Shown in pieces: positions 23,369 through 35,282 of a stretch of 64,000 bases of DNA. The DNA is taken from contig NW_026250409.1 in the NCBI RefSeq assembly GCF_024521635.1, forward strand, positions 992,001-1,056,000. The letters are read 5' to 3'. The DNA comes from Tricharina praecox. Lineage: Eukaryota. Numbering within the stretch: position 1 is the first letter of the stretch; the number at the start of each line of letters is the position of its first letter. Below the pieces are notes generated by a model. That model had not been told where the DNA came from. It ran no database searches and saw nothing but the letters and a program-made list of their open reading frames with translations. The translations under genes were made by a program, and so were the position numbers.

Positions 23369-26300
23369 CTAATTGTACTTGCAAGTAATAGTGATACCCT
23401 TCTTCTTGTCATCGGCGTCAATGGGAACATCGATAAACGTAGCCCTGATGGAGGTGTCGTTGGACACGGTGGAGCCAGTAGCGCCATCGGTGGTAGTGAC
23501 GCACTTCGTCGTGTCGACGTCGACCTCGTGCCAGATAATGACGGTGTACTGCTGGCCAATATCGCGCTTGAGTAAGTCGAGATTGTAATTGTCCCAGGCG
23601 GTGCGAATGGTGACGGTGCGAGTGGCGCCAGCGGTTCTCTTTTCGGTGTTAGTGGTAGGGAAGGATGGCATGAGGGGAGGGAACTTGCCTGGGCGATGAT
23701 CACCTCGCGGTATTCGCTCTTGGCCTCTTCATCCTCGTCGATGGCGAAATCGTCCTTCGGAATCACTCCCAGCTCGGGGTGCATAGGCACGGGGTTGGCT
23801 GAGTACTGCGGCAGTCCGGCCGGAGCGCTGGCACGGCTGATTCCATCGTCCAGGTACATGTGGTAGTCCTGCGAGAGCGGGCTGTCAGCGAAAGAGCACA
23901 TCGAGTAATGCGATGGATTTCTGGTTGGCTTACGCTGTTCTTGCCTGGATACACGTGCAGGGTGATGGGGTTCGCTTTGCGGTTCTCCAAGTCGGGAATC
24001 CACTGTCGGAGCTCAATCTGCGGAATGATTGCACCTGAATGTTTCCCGGTGAGTTATTACCTGAAGATATTGCGTTGATGATTGCGGGTACCCACCTTCC
24101 CTGATAAACATCGGCATCACGTATGGGATGTGCTCGTTATCGCCAAGTCTGATCTCGTCATCCCACTCCATGAAGGTTCCACCCTGGAGCTTTGCGCTCA
24201 GCCCCTTCCTCCGGCTAATCTTGAGACCGTCTCCATTCGGATCCTCGATGTGGTCGGGACGCAAGTTGAACACGAACCAGTTGTCGGGCTGGGGTAAGTA
24301 CAGCTGGTGCTTCTGCTTCGTCTCATTTTCCCCTACCTTGAGCTTCTCCGGGTACAGCCTCGGGCAGACTAGCAGGTCGTTGCGGACCATGTATTCGCGG
24401 TAAAGGTAGTTCGAGGCGTCTTTGTACAGACTGTCATCGTAGACGTCGGTCAAGATCTTCATCGCGGTCAGATGTGACTCCGATTGCAGTCGAATGGGGT
24501 ATAGCTTACCAAGGCTCTGGCAATGGGCATTCCAGTGATCTGGTTCTCGAACATGGCGTCGTAGAGGAGCTGCAAGAGGGTGTATCGAAGCTCTACAAAG
24601 TATTTGCACACAGGCTCTACCGAAAGGTACATCCTCTCGTCTTTCTTGAGTATATCATGCCATTGTGGGTTCCAGAAATGGTCCGTGTAAACGTAGGGTT
24701 CCTAAGGAATTTAGCTGGCAACCCACAGGAAAAACGCACAAAAAATTGGTTTACCTGGAAGAACTTCATGCCTGGTTTGCCGTGGTAGTGGTTTCTGTAG
24801 GCCTGTCAGTGTCTTTCCCCGATGGATGGTTGGGCTGAGTGATGGACTCACCGGAACCATGGAAGCATGGAGTAAGCACAGTACCAACGGATCACCAGCT
24901 CCGGGTCGGCCCACTGATCTTTGTTCAACGGCATGAAACCGCCCACATCAGCGCCTGTGATGACGCCTCCAGACAAACCGGATGCGAGAATCTGCGCAAC
25001 CGAGATCCGCAGGAAGTTCCAAGTGGAAGCGTTATCGCCGGTCCATAGACCAGCATATCTGTGCATGCCGGCGAAACTTCCACGCCCAATGATGAAGTTT
25101 CTTTTGCCTTTGCGAAGGTCCATGTCGTTCAGACCCTTGTATGTAGCCTTGTGAAGGTTGTAGCTGAAGAGTGACCACATTTCGATGGCTGCCTTATAGG
25201 GAGGGTATTTGCCGTCTTGGCTAGGGTAAACGTCGGTGCTGACCATCAGCCGGAAAGGAAGTCTGGAGACTGTCAAATGTGGATGCTCAGTGAATGGACT
25301 AGGGGAATATGTTCATACCCTTTCATGTCGCCGTATTCCTTAGCAAGGCAAGGGCTCGTCATGTCCTGCCAGATAAACTCAAGTCCTTGTTCTATGAGAT
25401 ATCGGTATTGCTCTCCCCACCATTTCCGTACAACTTCTCGGTTGAGATCGGGATAGAAGCCAGGCTAGGATTAAAGTCAGATCGTTAAAAAAGTCCCTCC
25501 CTGGGTGCATTGCTGGAGCAGGTTACGAACTGTTCCCAAGTCTTGACCGTAAGAGACACCGCCAATGAACTCCTTCTCCGAGTTGTATGCCTTGCTGAAG
25601 TCACTTCTAGTTATTAGTAATTGGCACTCGGTGGCAAAGATTTTGAGGGACTCACTACTCGGGAGTATAACCGGGCATCCTTTTTTGGGCGCTCTGAATA
25701 TCAGTGATCATCTCGCGCCTGCCGCCATCATAGTACATGTACTTTGCATCCCAGCTGTTTTTCCCTATGCCATCGGCGGTGTAGCGCTTGTCCATAATGA
25801 AATACCTAAGCAATGTCAGACATCTCATTGTAGAGTTTTGGGGGGTGGGATTCTTACTTGTTCTTCACCCCTTCGGAAAGGGTCTTGTAGCCATCGCCAG
25901 TGCAGTTGATGACAGGAGTGATATTCGTGCAAGCTTTGACGCCCATATTGCGCAGATCCCGAAACATCGCTTTCGGGTCAGGAAACTTGTCCGGAGCTGT
26001 GTTTATCGTGAATGTACGATATCGGTCCTGCAAGTCGACGTCGATATGCATTCCGTCGAGAGGAATCTTGCGGGCGCGATACTGATCCACTATACCGACT
26101 ACCTTTTTCTGAGTATCATAGCCATAACCTAGTAGATGGTTTCCGACTCAGTGTCAGCAAGCCACATCGTCTTGGTAGTCTGTGGGAGTGATGGATTGGT
26201 TATAGTACTTACATCCTTGATGGTGCCCTAGGACGTATCTAGGCTTCAGTCTGTTACGACCGATGATTGAGGTGTAGAGGTTTATGATATCGGGGATGTC

Positions 26301-27427
26301 ATTGCCGGCCATCACGAAGTACTGTAAACTGCCGTACTTCGTACCCACGCGAATTTCGCCGTTGTTGCGCTTCCCGAAGTCGATGCTGATCTGGGAATAG
26401 TTGTCGACGAAGGTGGCCACCTTAGAGCCCAAGTTCTGGTGGGTATCGACCTCGATCCAGAAAGGCTCCGAGTGGTAGAGCGGTTCCCTGCTGTCCCCGG
26501 CTCCTTTTCCGTAGACACCACTGTACATCATGTTGTCGTAGTCTAGTACTATGGTTTAGCAATGCATTTTTGGAGGCGTGTGGGCGTGTAATAGGTAGGC
26601 GGATGACCTCCAATACTTACCAAAGTAGTTCATGTACGTGCTGTACTTGAACAGAGACATTCCACCCTGCTCGCCAAATCCGATATAGCGGGCAGCGCCG
26701 GGTTTGCACACGGAGAGGATCGCGTTTGTAGTTTCGCCCTTCTGGACCCAAGAGAGTCCATTCGGCGCCGTCTTCCAGATGATGCATTGGGTGTCAAGGT
26801 TGACTTTGATCGCCTCACTGGCGTTGAGGGCGGGAACAGCGTCATCCGGGTCAAGGTGCGGCGGAACGGCACGGACTGCGATGATACGGAAGGGAGCCTT
26901 CTGGACAAAGAGGCGGACCTCCCACTTGCCGTCCTTTTTGGCTTTCCGATCGGCGGCGCTCTGATACACCATAGACTCCAGGCAAAAGTACTTGCCATCG
27001 TCAGAGGGCTTGACGGAGGTGTCCCAGAAAATGTCCTCGAACTTGTCAAGACAGTCACGCAGCTCTGTGACGGTATCTCGGACGATGGTACGACTTGGAT
27101 GTTGTCAGCTACGGAGAAACATGAAGAAAAGCAAAAAAAGTGAAAATAATCGGCTACCTACGAATTGTAGTCGTTGTATTCGGCTGGAGTCTTTATAAGT
27201 GGACTGAAACGGATCTTCCAGACCTTGGGCCGTATAAACTGCACTAGGAGCAGCTTGTCGTCATTGAACCTGAAGATAGCTCCAGTCTTGATGCTGGGCT
27301 GTTTGGGATCGTTGTCTTCCACTCTGTACGTGATGGAAGTCGGGGTATTGAACGATTTCACGGCATAGGCGTCAAAGAACGTCTCCGCCGGAGTGAAGGT
27401 GTAGTTGTCCTGGTTGGGGTCATTCAT
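23369..27427 (-). CDS. Alpha-1,4-glucan lyase (GH31, 1,5-anhydro-D-fructose forming), many introns
   Basis: VQFIRPKVWKIRF, REPLYHSEPF, FVDNYSQISIDFGK, LKPRYVLGHHQG, PLDGMHIDVDLQD, nucleophile motif FIWQDMTSP, YNLHKAT, GLWTGDNAS, YLDDGISR. These segments match my recollection of Morchella glucan lyases. No signal peptide. Confidence 0.88.
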
Positions 27428-27798
27428 TGTGTTGAATGAACTCGGCGAAGAAGGAGAGGACAGTGGGGTCAACGCACCGGGGGAGGGGGATAGCACTACT
27501 TATTTACGTAGGCCGCTGAAGGCCATGTACCTGGATCCTCAAGAGTTCCAATTGGCGGCACACGACACGTTGTCCTCATCTTCCTCCGCAGGAGCTCCTC
27601 AATCCACTAAGGGAATTTCATGACGAGGTGCAGCCCGCCCAAGCTGGAGAATCGCTGAGAGTGGGAGCTTTCATCGGATGGTGAATATTCCCAATGCAAC
27701 ACTTAAATTTATTTTGCGCGCACCAATCAGCAGGCAGAAGTGGTTGTTTCAGTTGTTTCAGTTGTTGAGGGAGTGAATGAGTACACGAGGAGGTATAC

Positions 27799-27854
27799 GA
27801 GTAGAAGAATGTGAGTAGAAGAATGTGAGTAGAAGAATGTGAGTGGAACAATGT
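27799..27854. repeat. 14-bp tandem repeat GAGTAGAAGAATGT x4
   Basis: Three perfect copies and one degenerate copy upstream of the lyase ATG. Confidence 0.9.
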
Positions 27855-29671
27855 GCGGGGTTGCTCAGCCCTAGATGCGTACAACCATTCATGCAGCTGG
27901 GATCGCTAGCTTGGAACTCTAACGCACACACCTTGAAGCATTTCAGGTTTTTGCAGCGCCATTGGCATTGAGTTTACATCCCTCTACACATGCGGACCAG
28001 TTCACTAGAGGTTTTGAAGTATCAATACTCAACACACGCTGACGGCACGTTCGGGTGAAAACGAAGCCATTGGAGGAGATTTCGGACACTTACGATTGAA
28101 TCTGGCTCACTGAGATGCCTCAGATGCTCCTCCATCGGTGGTGTTGGGTGGAAGCAACACGAGACGATATGCCGGCCGCACGGGACGGGCGACGACGCAC
28201 GACACGCGGCTCATCACTCGTGCGTATCTTGCGGGCTCGGCGCACGGACCATCCACGTGTCCGACAGGCAGTGGGAAAGGCGCCGGCGCCGGCGGAGGGC
28301 AGGGGAGGCACAATAGGGCCGCCCGTAGACTGATGAATCGTGATTGGATAGTGGACGGGAACCGGGGGTAGGTGTCCAGTATTGCCATGATCTAACTACT
28401 TGGACGGGTCGTATGCGATTAGATGATTATTAACCACCTAGATAGACCAAAAAACAGTCTGACAAGTCACCAACGCACCAGGTGCCGGGCCGACGAAAGG
28501 TGCATCAGTACTCTACATGCGATGCTATCGGCGCGATCGAGCTTCTCACCAAACAACTGCGACTTTGAGGTCAAATCCAGCTGAAACTGCAATGCAATGG
28601 AATGCAGATCCCCGGCGCTGATTCATTGCAGTGAGTGTGCGACTTCCCGGCCTGAAATCGGACCGATACCCGAGTCTGCAGCTTCTTGGACGTCCATACC
28701 CAACATGCACACATCTCGGCGACGCAAACTAGTCGGGTGGAGAATCGCAATCGGTTGGTGCAACCCACGCCATTCTAGTACTATGCATTCTGCTGGTAAC
28801 TAGTCTGCGCTTGTGCTTCGGCATCTACCGGTACTCCATGCAGAGCGGGGTTGATGGTATTTTGCTCATCCGTGGTCAATCGAACCCCGCCGGACGGATC
28901 ACGCAGACTCCCCGCGTTGCACTCTGGGGAACTCCCGGTCAACCATCTGATTGTGATGTCTCGATAAAATTCACAAAGACGTATGGGCGAATTGCCGGGC
29001 TCGAGCTCCTGCCTGGCACAGGAACTTTGCAGCCCAGCCCAGCACAGCTTGATGTTCGTATGCTGTCTGGCTCCAACCCCCCCGTTGTGATATAGCGGCG
29101 GCCGATCTAGAATCTGCAGGAGACGTTGGTTCACCGCAATGACCCTCTTTGAGTGGGAGCTTTACCGTTTTCGTGTCCGTTTCCCCGTTCCTGCAACGCC
29201 AGAACCCGTGCACAATGTGACGGTTTCGTGTGCCGACTTCGGATGCGGCTTCGGATTGCATCGTTTCAATCAAGCAAGCTTACGCGAATTGCCAGCTTTT
29301 CCAAAGCTGACCACGTTGCGGGGGTCTCTTGTTGGGCCGAGAACCAAAAGCCATGAACGGGGACAGCGGCCCGGCCGTCTGCTGCTCTCGACCGCCGACT
29401 GCATGGGCCAGGCCAGATGAGTGTCATGCAGCTGTGCTGATAGCAGTTACTAATCGCTATTTGTTGGCCGCCGTGAGCTTGCAGGTTCTCCAGCCGCTTC
29501 GATATGCACCGTCATGGCCGCGGGTGAGATGGCGGGCTTGCCGTCTAGCTGGGCCGCGTAATGCCCGTGCCTGGAAGACTGGACACTAATGCCGGTGCTT
29601 GGAGGGAGAACTGGAAACGATGAGAGGTACATAAGTCGCCAGAGCCAGATTTTGTGCTTCTAAAGTTCGAA

Positions 29672-29996
29672 TCGAATCGATCCTCCGGACACTTGAATGC
29701 CGGACGGCACAAGATCATGAATGCAGTCAGTTTCAGAATATCAGAGATCAGAGATCAAATATCAAGGAATCAAAGGTTGAAGAGGGTAGTCACACCTCCA
29801 AACTTGATGCAACTTGGTCAATCTTTCAGCTCGAATCGATTCTCCGGACACTCGGATGCCGGACGGCACAAGATCATGAATGCAGTCAGTTTCAGAATAT
29901 CAGAGATCAAAGATCAAAGATCAAGGAATCAAAGATTGAAGAGGGTAGTCACACCCCCAACCTTGATGCAACTCGGTCAATCTTTCAGCTCGAATC
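29672..29996. repeat. 159-bp tandem duplication (2 units)
   Basis: Units start TCGAATCGAT at 29672 and 29831; GCCGGACGGCACAAGATCATG at 29699 and 29858; few substitutions between units. Confidence 0.92.
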
Positions 29997-30464
29997 TTAT
30001 CGTTGCAACTTCGCTGCATCTGTCACCATCATGACCTATCTGGGCCGTCCACTGGCGGAAAAACAAAACGTCCTTACGCTGTGCGTCTTTGTGGGGAAAC
30101 TGTGAAAACTGCTCCTACGATCAAATGTCAGTGGGCTGGTAGGATGACGATCACTGTGTCTCAATTCAGCCGGAAGAACTGAGCTCCGTTGATGCCCAAA
30201 CGATTACTATTGGCCGTCGACAGTTTCTTTTGCGAATCTGCAACTCAGCCGATCTGCAAACCGGCCGGATCAAGCCTGCTTGTGTGGTTACCACGACACG
30301 CGGCTATACCCCCACCAAACAGCTTGTCATGCTCTTCGGGGGTTTCACAGTATACTGCAGCCTCAATGAGGGCAGTCGTGGGATACACCGGCGTGGACAT
30401 CCTAACCAACGGGATAAAGGGAAAGCTCCTCCCAATCACGTAAATCCCACGGCCAGCAATCATC

Positions 30465-33414
30465 ATGTCTTCCGGAATAACACCCATCACACCGTCTTTC
30501 CGCTCCTCGATCATTGAGGAGAAAAGGACGGACGGCTATTGGGTAGAAACATTCTACCTCCACAAAGCAGACAAAGTCCCAGGCATCATTGCGTGGGTCC
30601 CCCCAGTGGTCTTGTGTCGTTTCCGGCGTGGCTAACTATTGGTGTTCAGTTACGGTCTCGGAGATGGCATCGCAAAGACTAGCAAGATCGAGTTCCTTGA
30701 AAATCCAATCATGGAACAGAAAGAGGGAGTTTTTCTCGATAAACGTATGTTCTCATATACCGCTTAAACGTCATATCATATTGGAGCCATGGAAAACTTA
30801 CGAATGTATCGTAGCTTGGACGAAGTACACGATCGCGGAGTTCGAATCGCCTGTAGCAGTGGTGGCAGCAGACGTCGACCAAGACGGTTTCACGGACCTG
30901 CTCATCTGTCATGATTATGGTCCTCACATGCTACGGTGCTTGGTAGACGGCGGTCACATAAGCTGGCTGAGGAATCCTGGAAGAGACAAGCTAGGCGGTG
31001 GTGTTTGGGAGCAACGATATGTCGGAAGGTGGCCGGCTATGCATCGACTGAAGGCTGGGTATTTCACACAAAAGTAAGTTTCTCACGCTTTAATAATTTT
31101 ATACAAGGGACAGTGGAATATCTGACATACCAATTCCCTGCAGGTCGTTCCTAGAAGTGATGGCTATGTCCGGTAAGACTCTAGTTTTGACAGTGTTGTC
31201 CCGCAGTGCTGACATTCGCCCACTTACGTGAAGTTGTCCATGGCCCGCAAGACTTGGTAAGATTGTTGCCATGAATTTGTCTCTAGAGAATCTCTGACTC
31301 GTTCTGGCAGACTTCCGCGATTCCGGTGATCTTGTTTCAGGCTCCCGAGAAAGTGCTGGAAGCGTAAATATTCCCTTTCCATCAGCTCCTCCGTATCATT
31401 TAACACTGGAGTAGATTGGAGTGGCCTCGCAAGATCGTCGATGACAGTAGCTTCACCGTGATTCACGATGCGGCTCAGAAAAAGTACTGGACCTTCTCCT
31501 CCGTAGTGGAAATTACTAACATCGAGTGAGATTCCATGGGCTCAACGGCCTCGATTCCCTCGTGATCGCTTCGAGGGAAGGTTTGAACTGGCTCTATTAC
31601 GCGGACCAAAAATGGAACATTGAGCACATCACCGAAGGCGAGCCTAAGGCGGAGGGACAGTCCGCAAGCAACCTTGATCCACCGGACTACTGGGGCAGTG
31701 GTTGTGTCGATGTGGGAAGGGTTGGCGATGATCCATTCGCGTACGTCGCGTCCATCGATCCTTTCCATGGAAACATGGTCTGTGTATATACCAAGGCAAA
31801 TCCTACTATGGATGGAACAAAAGGATGGACAAGACACGTTTTAGACGTGTTCGGATCGCCGGCTCAACTCCAGAAGCATGGAGAGGGTACGACGGTTATA
31901 GCTTTAGTATGAGTTGAAACTTGCTGACAATCCCATAGGCCCTGGACACTACGTCGTTACGGGCGACTTCGACGGTACGTAGTACACGGGACGATAATAT
32001 TCACTGCAATTTACTGATATCGTGTATGTAGGTGATGGGGATGACGAGTTCCTTGTGGCGATGTTCGGTACTCCGGACAAAACATCTGGGCCCTCGCCGA
32101 ATAAGGTATGTACTGAGCAGTCTACAACTAGGAAAACATGCTAATAATTATTTATATAGGGAGTCTTCTACTACAAAGCGATTGATCTCGACAAGGGCTT
32201 GTTCGCCAAGTACAAGGTTGCCGAAGAATCCACCGCCCGCATTGCTATCGGGTATGTAACAAGCTCCACCATACCAATGTATACCGCTTATCTGGATTCT
32301 AACCCATTCGTCTACAGTAACTTCGGTGGTAGAGGCTTGCTCGACTTCGTGGGCATCAAATATCGTGTGCCGAACTATTACGAGGAGGAAAATCCAACTG
32401 TGAGTGTGTACTACAACGACTTCGCTAATGCCCATATTGCACACGATGCCTCCGTCGTTCCCACACTCTGGGACGACGAGGGTTTGGTGTACCTACCCAA
32501 CCCCGACACAGCACCACAAACCTGCTCCCTGGACCTGATCGAGGTCGCAAACTATGCTCTATCCGTCGTCGTCCTCCCGCCAAAGACAACATTCGCAGGC
32601 TTGCCGGGCATCGGCTACAAAGTCCTGTTTGGAGCTGTGATGGACGGAGAAAAAGAACGCCGTGCAATGGATGTTCCACCCTTCACCGAGCAATCCGTCG
32701 TGATGGACAACGACGAATTACGAACTCTGGACGATATAGGCTCCGTTCTCCTGTTGTTCAGTCCTCTGAAGTGCGACTCATCGTCGACGCCTGGGAAATG
32801 GCCTACGGCAGAGGATGTACCCGTGAAGGTCACCTTCAAGCCGACGCGAGGACTTCCGGTCCCTCCGCTCCATTTCAAGAAGGTAGACAAATGCTGGTGG
32901 GGAGCCGGGTTTCCAGACATTAACTTCCACAACATGACTGGATTCACATTCCGGTTCCACGATCAAACATTCCTGGCGCATCTGCAATTCTGGACAGCCG
33001 GTAACTAAATGCCCCACCTACTCCTACCGCAGGCCTATGTACTAACAGCAGCCAGGCAACAACGTCAACTGCGGCGTGCACAACCACACGGACGCCTCCT
33101 TCGCCGAAATCCACATCGGGCTCTCAGCCGGCACCGGCACCGGCGGCATGTGGCGTCTCAAGACGGAGTACGAGGACACGCCTGCAGACGAACTCCCAAA
33201 ACTCGGGCCCGAGGCGTTCGACAAGCTGGTATTGCCGCCGCTCGCCGAGCACGGCGGTGTCTGGCGCAGAGATTCGTACGGAAAGCCAATCCTGCGCGGA
33301 AACGGCACCGTGGACTACCCCTTCCATAAGTGGCAGGCCGGAGAAGACGACTGTGTCGATATTTGGGCCGCCGTCGAGTTCAACCCAAAGGGGAAATATA
33401 AGTGGGCGTTTTGA
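30465..33414 (+). CDS. Aldos-2-ulose dehydratase/isomerase (AUDH, pyranosone dehydratase) homolog, ~12 introns
   Basis: Spliced product: RTDGYWVE, AYGLG, SWLRNPG, MHRLKAGYFT, YWGSGCVDVGRVGDD, PFHGN, GDFDGDGDDEFLVAM (beta-propeller); then cupin segments HLQFWTAG, HNHTDASFAEIH, GTGTGGM, EHGGVW, DYPFHKWQAG, DIWAAVEF. Collinear with my recollection of Phanerochaete AUDH. Confidence 0.9.
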
Positions 33415-33991
33415 TGTGAGTCTGTGCTCTGCTTTGACATGTTTGTCGCTGACTGGGCTGGAGCAGTGTGTGGATTCTGGAGGAGGGGATTTGCTACAGA
33501 AATTGCAGTGAATCGGGGGCTCCAGATTGAGGAATATACCTGGGAGGGATCATTTTTACCTTGATATTTTACCGCTTTTGCTATCTACTGTGAATATTTC
33601 CGCCTCCTCGTGTTTGGACTGAAGTGACTTCCGCTACGTGATTTGCTACGATGGCCCAGTAGTTGTAAAGTAGGGGCAGGTGGGGCTCCATGTGCCCAGG
33701 CAGCCATTGCTGTGAAACCATGGCCGTTATGTATAAATGTCAGCACTGCCCGAAAGCCGTGATCCGGGATCCTTCATGTGCACGCGCAGGTTCAGGTGCA
33801 GGGCCGAGATGTGCTCTAGATGCGCACGCGGAGAAATCCCCAATTCCGGCGCTAACTAGCCCTTCCCTGTCAGCTCAAATTCTACTGCACGGCTAAACCT
33901 TCACCCCCACTACCGTATCTACAGTACACAGAGTAGGTAGATACACAGAGTACGCCACATCCACAACCTCCACCCCGCCGCGATCATTACA

Positions 33992-35086
33992 ATGCTGGCC
34001 CTCCCTCGCCTCCGCTTCCTCCTGCCGCCCGCCGTGCGCGCATTCACACTGTCGGCCGCCAGCTTCGCCGGCGGGCCGCGACTACCCCCGCGGATGATAC
34101 TCGACGAAGCAGACTTCACCGAGGTGTTCCTGAAGGGCAGGTAACTACTTACCCACACACGCCCGCCACATACACGCGGGCTCTCGCTTACACATCTGTC
34201 TCTCTCCAGCGGCCCCGGCGGGCAAAAAATCAACAAGACCTCCTCGGCGGTGCAACTGATCCACAAGCCTACCGGTATTGTCGTAAAGTCGCAGGAGACG
34301 CGGTCTCGCTCACAGAACCGGAAGATAGCGCGGCAGCTGCTGGCGGAGAAGGTGGAGCACGCGCTGATGGGCGACGAGTCGCGCGTGTCGAAGAAGTGGC
34401 AGATCGAGAGTGCCAAGCGCGCCAGCTCCATGAAGAAGAGCGCCCGCAAGTACCGCAAGCTCGACGCGCAGAAGGAGAAGGTCGAGCTGCTGAAGGATGA
34501 GTGGCAGCGGTATATCGACTCAAGGAAGAAGCTCGGCCTCGAGATCCCCGTGGATGCCCACCTGGGTCCCAAGTTGCCCGAGGGAGGGACGAAGTACTTC
34601 AGGAAGGGGAGTAAGACCCAGCTGGAGTGGCCGGATGAGGAACCGAAGATTAGGAGGCTCATAAGGGATAGTAATGGCAACAAGGTGGATTTCATCATAG
34701 ATGATGAGAAGCTGGTCATGGAGTCGGACATTATCGGGCCAAAGAGGGAAAGGTTGACGATTAATGCCAAGGCGGTCAAGGCCTCCGATTGGATGTGGGA
34801 GATGCCGGGCATAGTCGAGGTCGCCTTGCAGCATCAGGATGATTATCCGAAGAATGTGGTACAGAGTGGCGCTAAGGATGAAGTCGCCCTCATGTACCGT
34901 GGGATGTCCGGGTTCGACTATGTCAGGGAGGAGGAAAAGCAGGAGAGGCTAGCTATGCTCAAGGCAGCGACGGAAGTGGCAGTGGAAGCAGACAAGGCGA
35001 AGAAGGATATGAAGGCGCCGCCCAAGGTATTGGAAAAGAATACAAGCCTATCGGAGGAGCGCAGTCTTAGACGGAGCGCAGTCTGA
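33992..35086 (+). CDS. Mitochondrial RF-1-domain peptidyl-tRNA hydrolase (C12orf65/Rso55-like) with a C-terminal extension, 1 intron
   Basis: Arg-rich presequence; spliced FLKGS|GPGGQKINKTSSAVQLIHKPTGIVVKSQETRSRSQNRKIAR. Confidence 0.88.
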
Positions 35087-35282
35087 GACGAGATAGAGAA
35101 GGGAAATCGGGCCCAGGAAGGAGATTCGAGGAAACGAAGGAGATGGAGAAGTTGGAGACAGTTGGAGAAGCATCTCGAGGCTAAGAAACAGTAGACACAC
35201 ATAACTGTGTATGTATTATAGTAGGCGTTAAATACCACCATAGATAAACATCAAATTCAGACGCCCATCTGCGGACCGCAAT

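Noticed and set aside
23369..27427. GH31 as the glucosylating enzyme for a mycosporine glucoside
   Set aside because: The lyase-type motif and the pairing with AUDH explain it better. No glycosyltransferase is seen in the window.
29654..30034. 126 aa ORF with an internal repeat; CRISPR-like array
   Set aside because: The ORF is a by-product of a 159-bp duplication with no spacers, in eukaryotic DNA.
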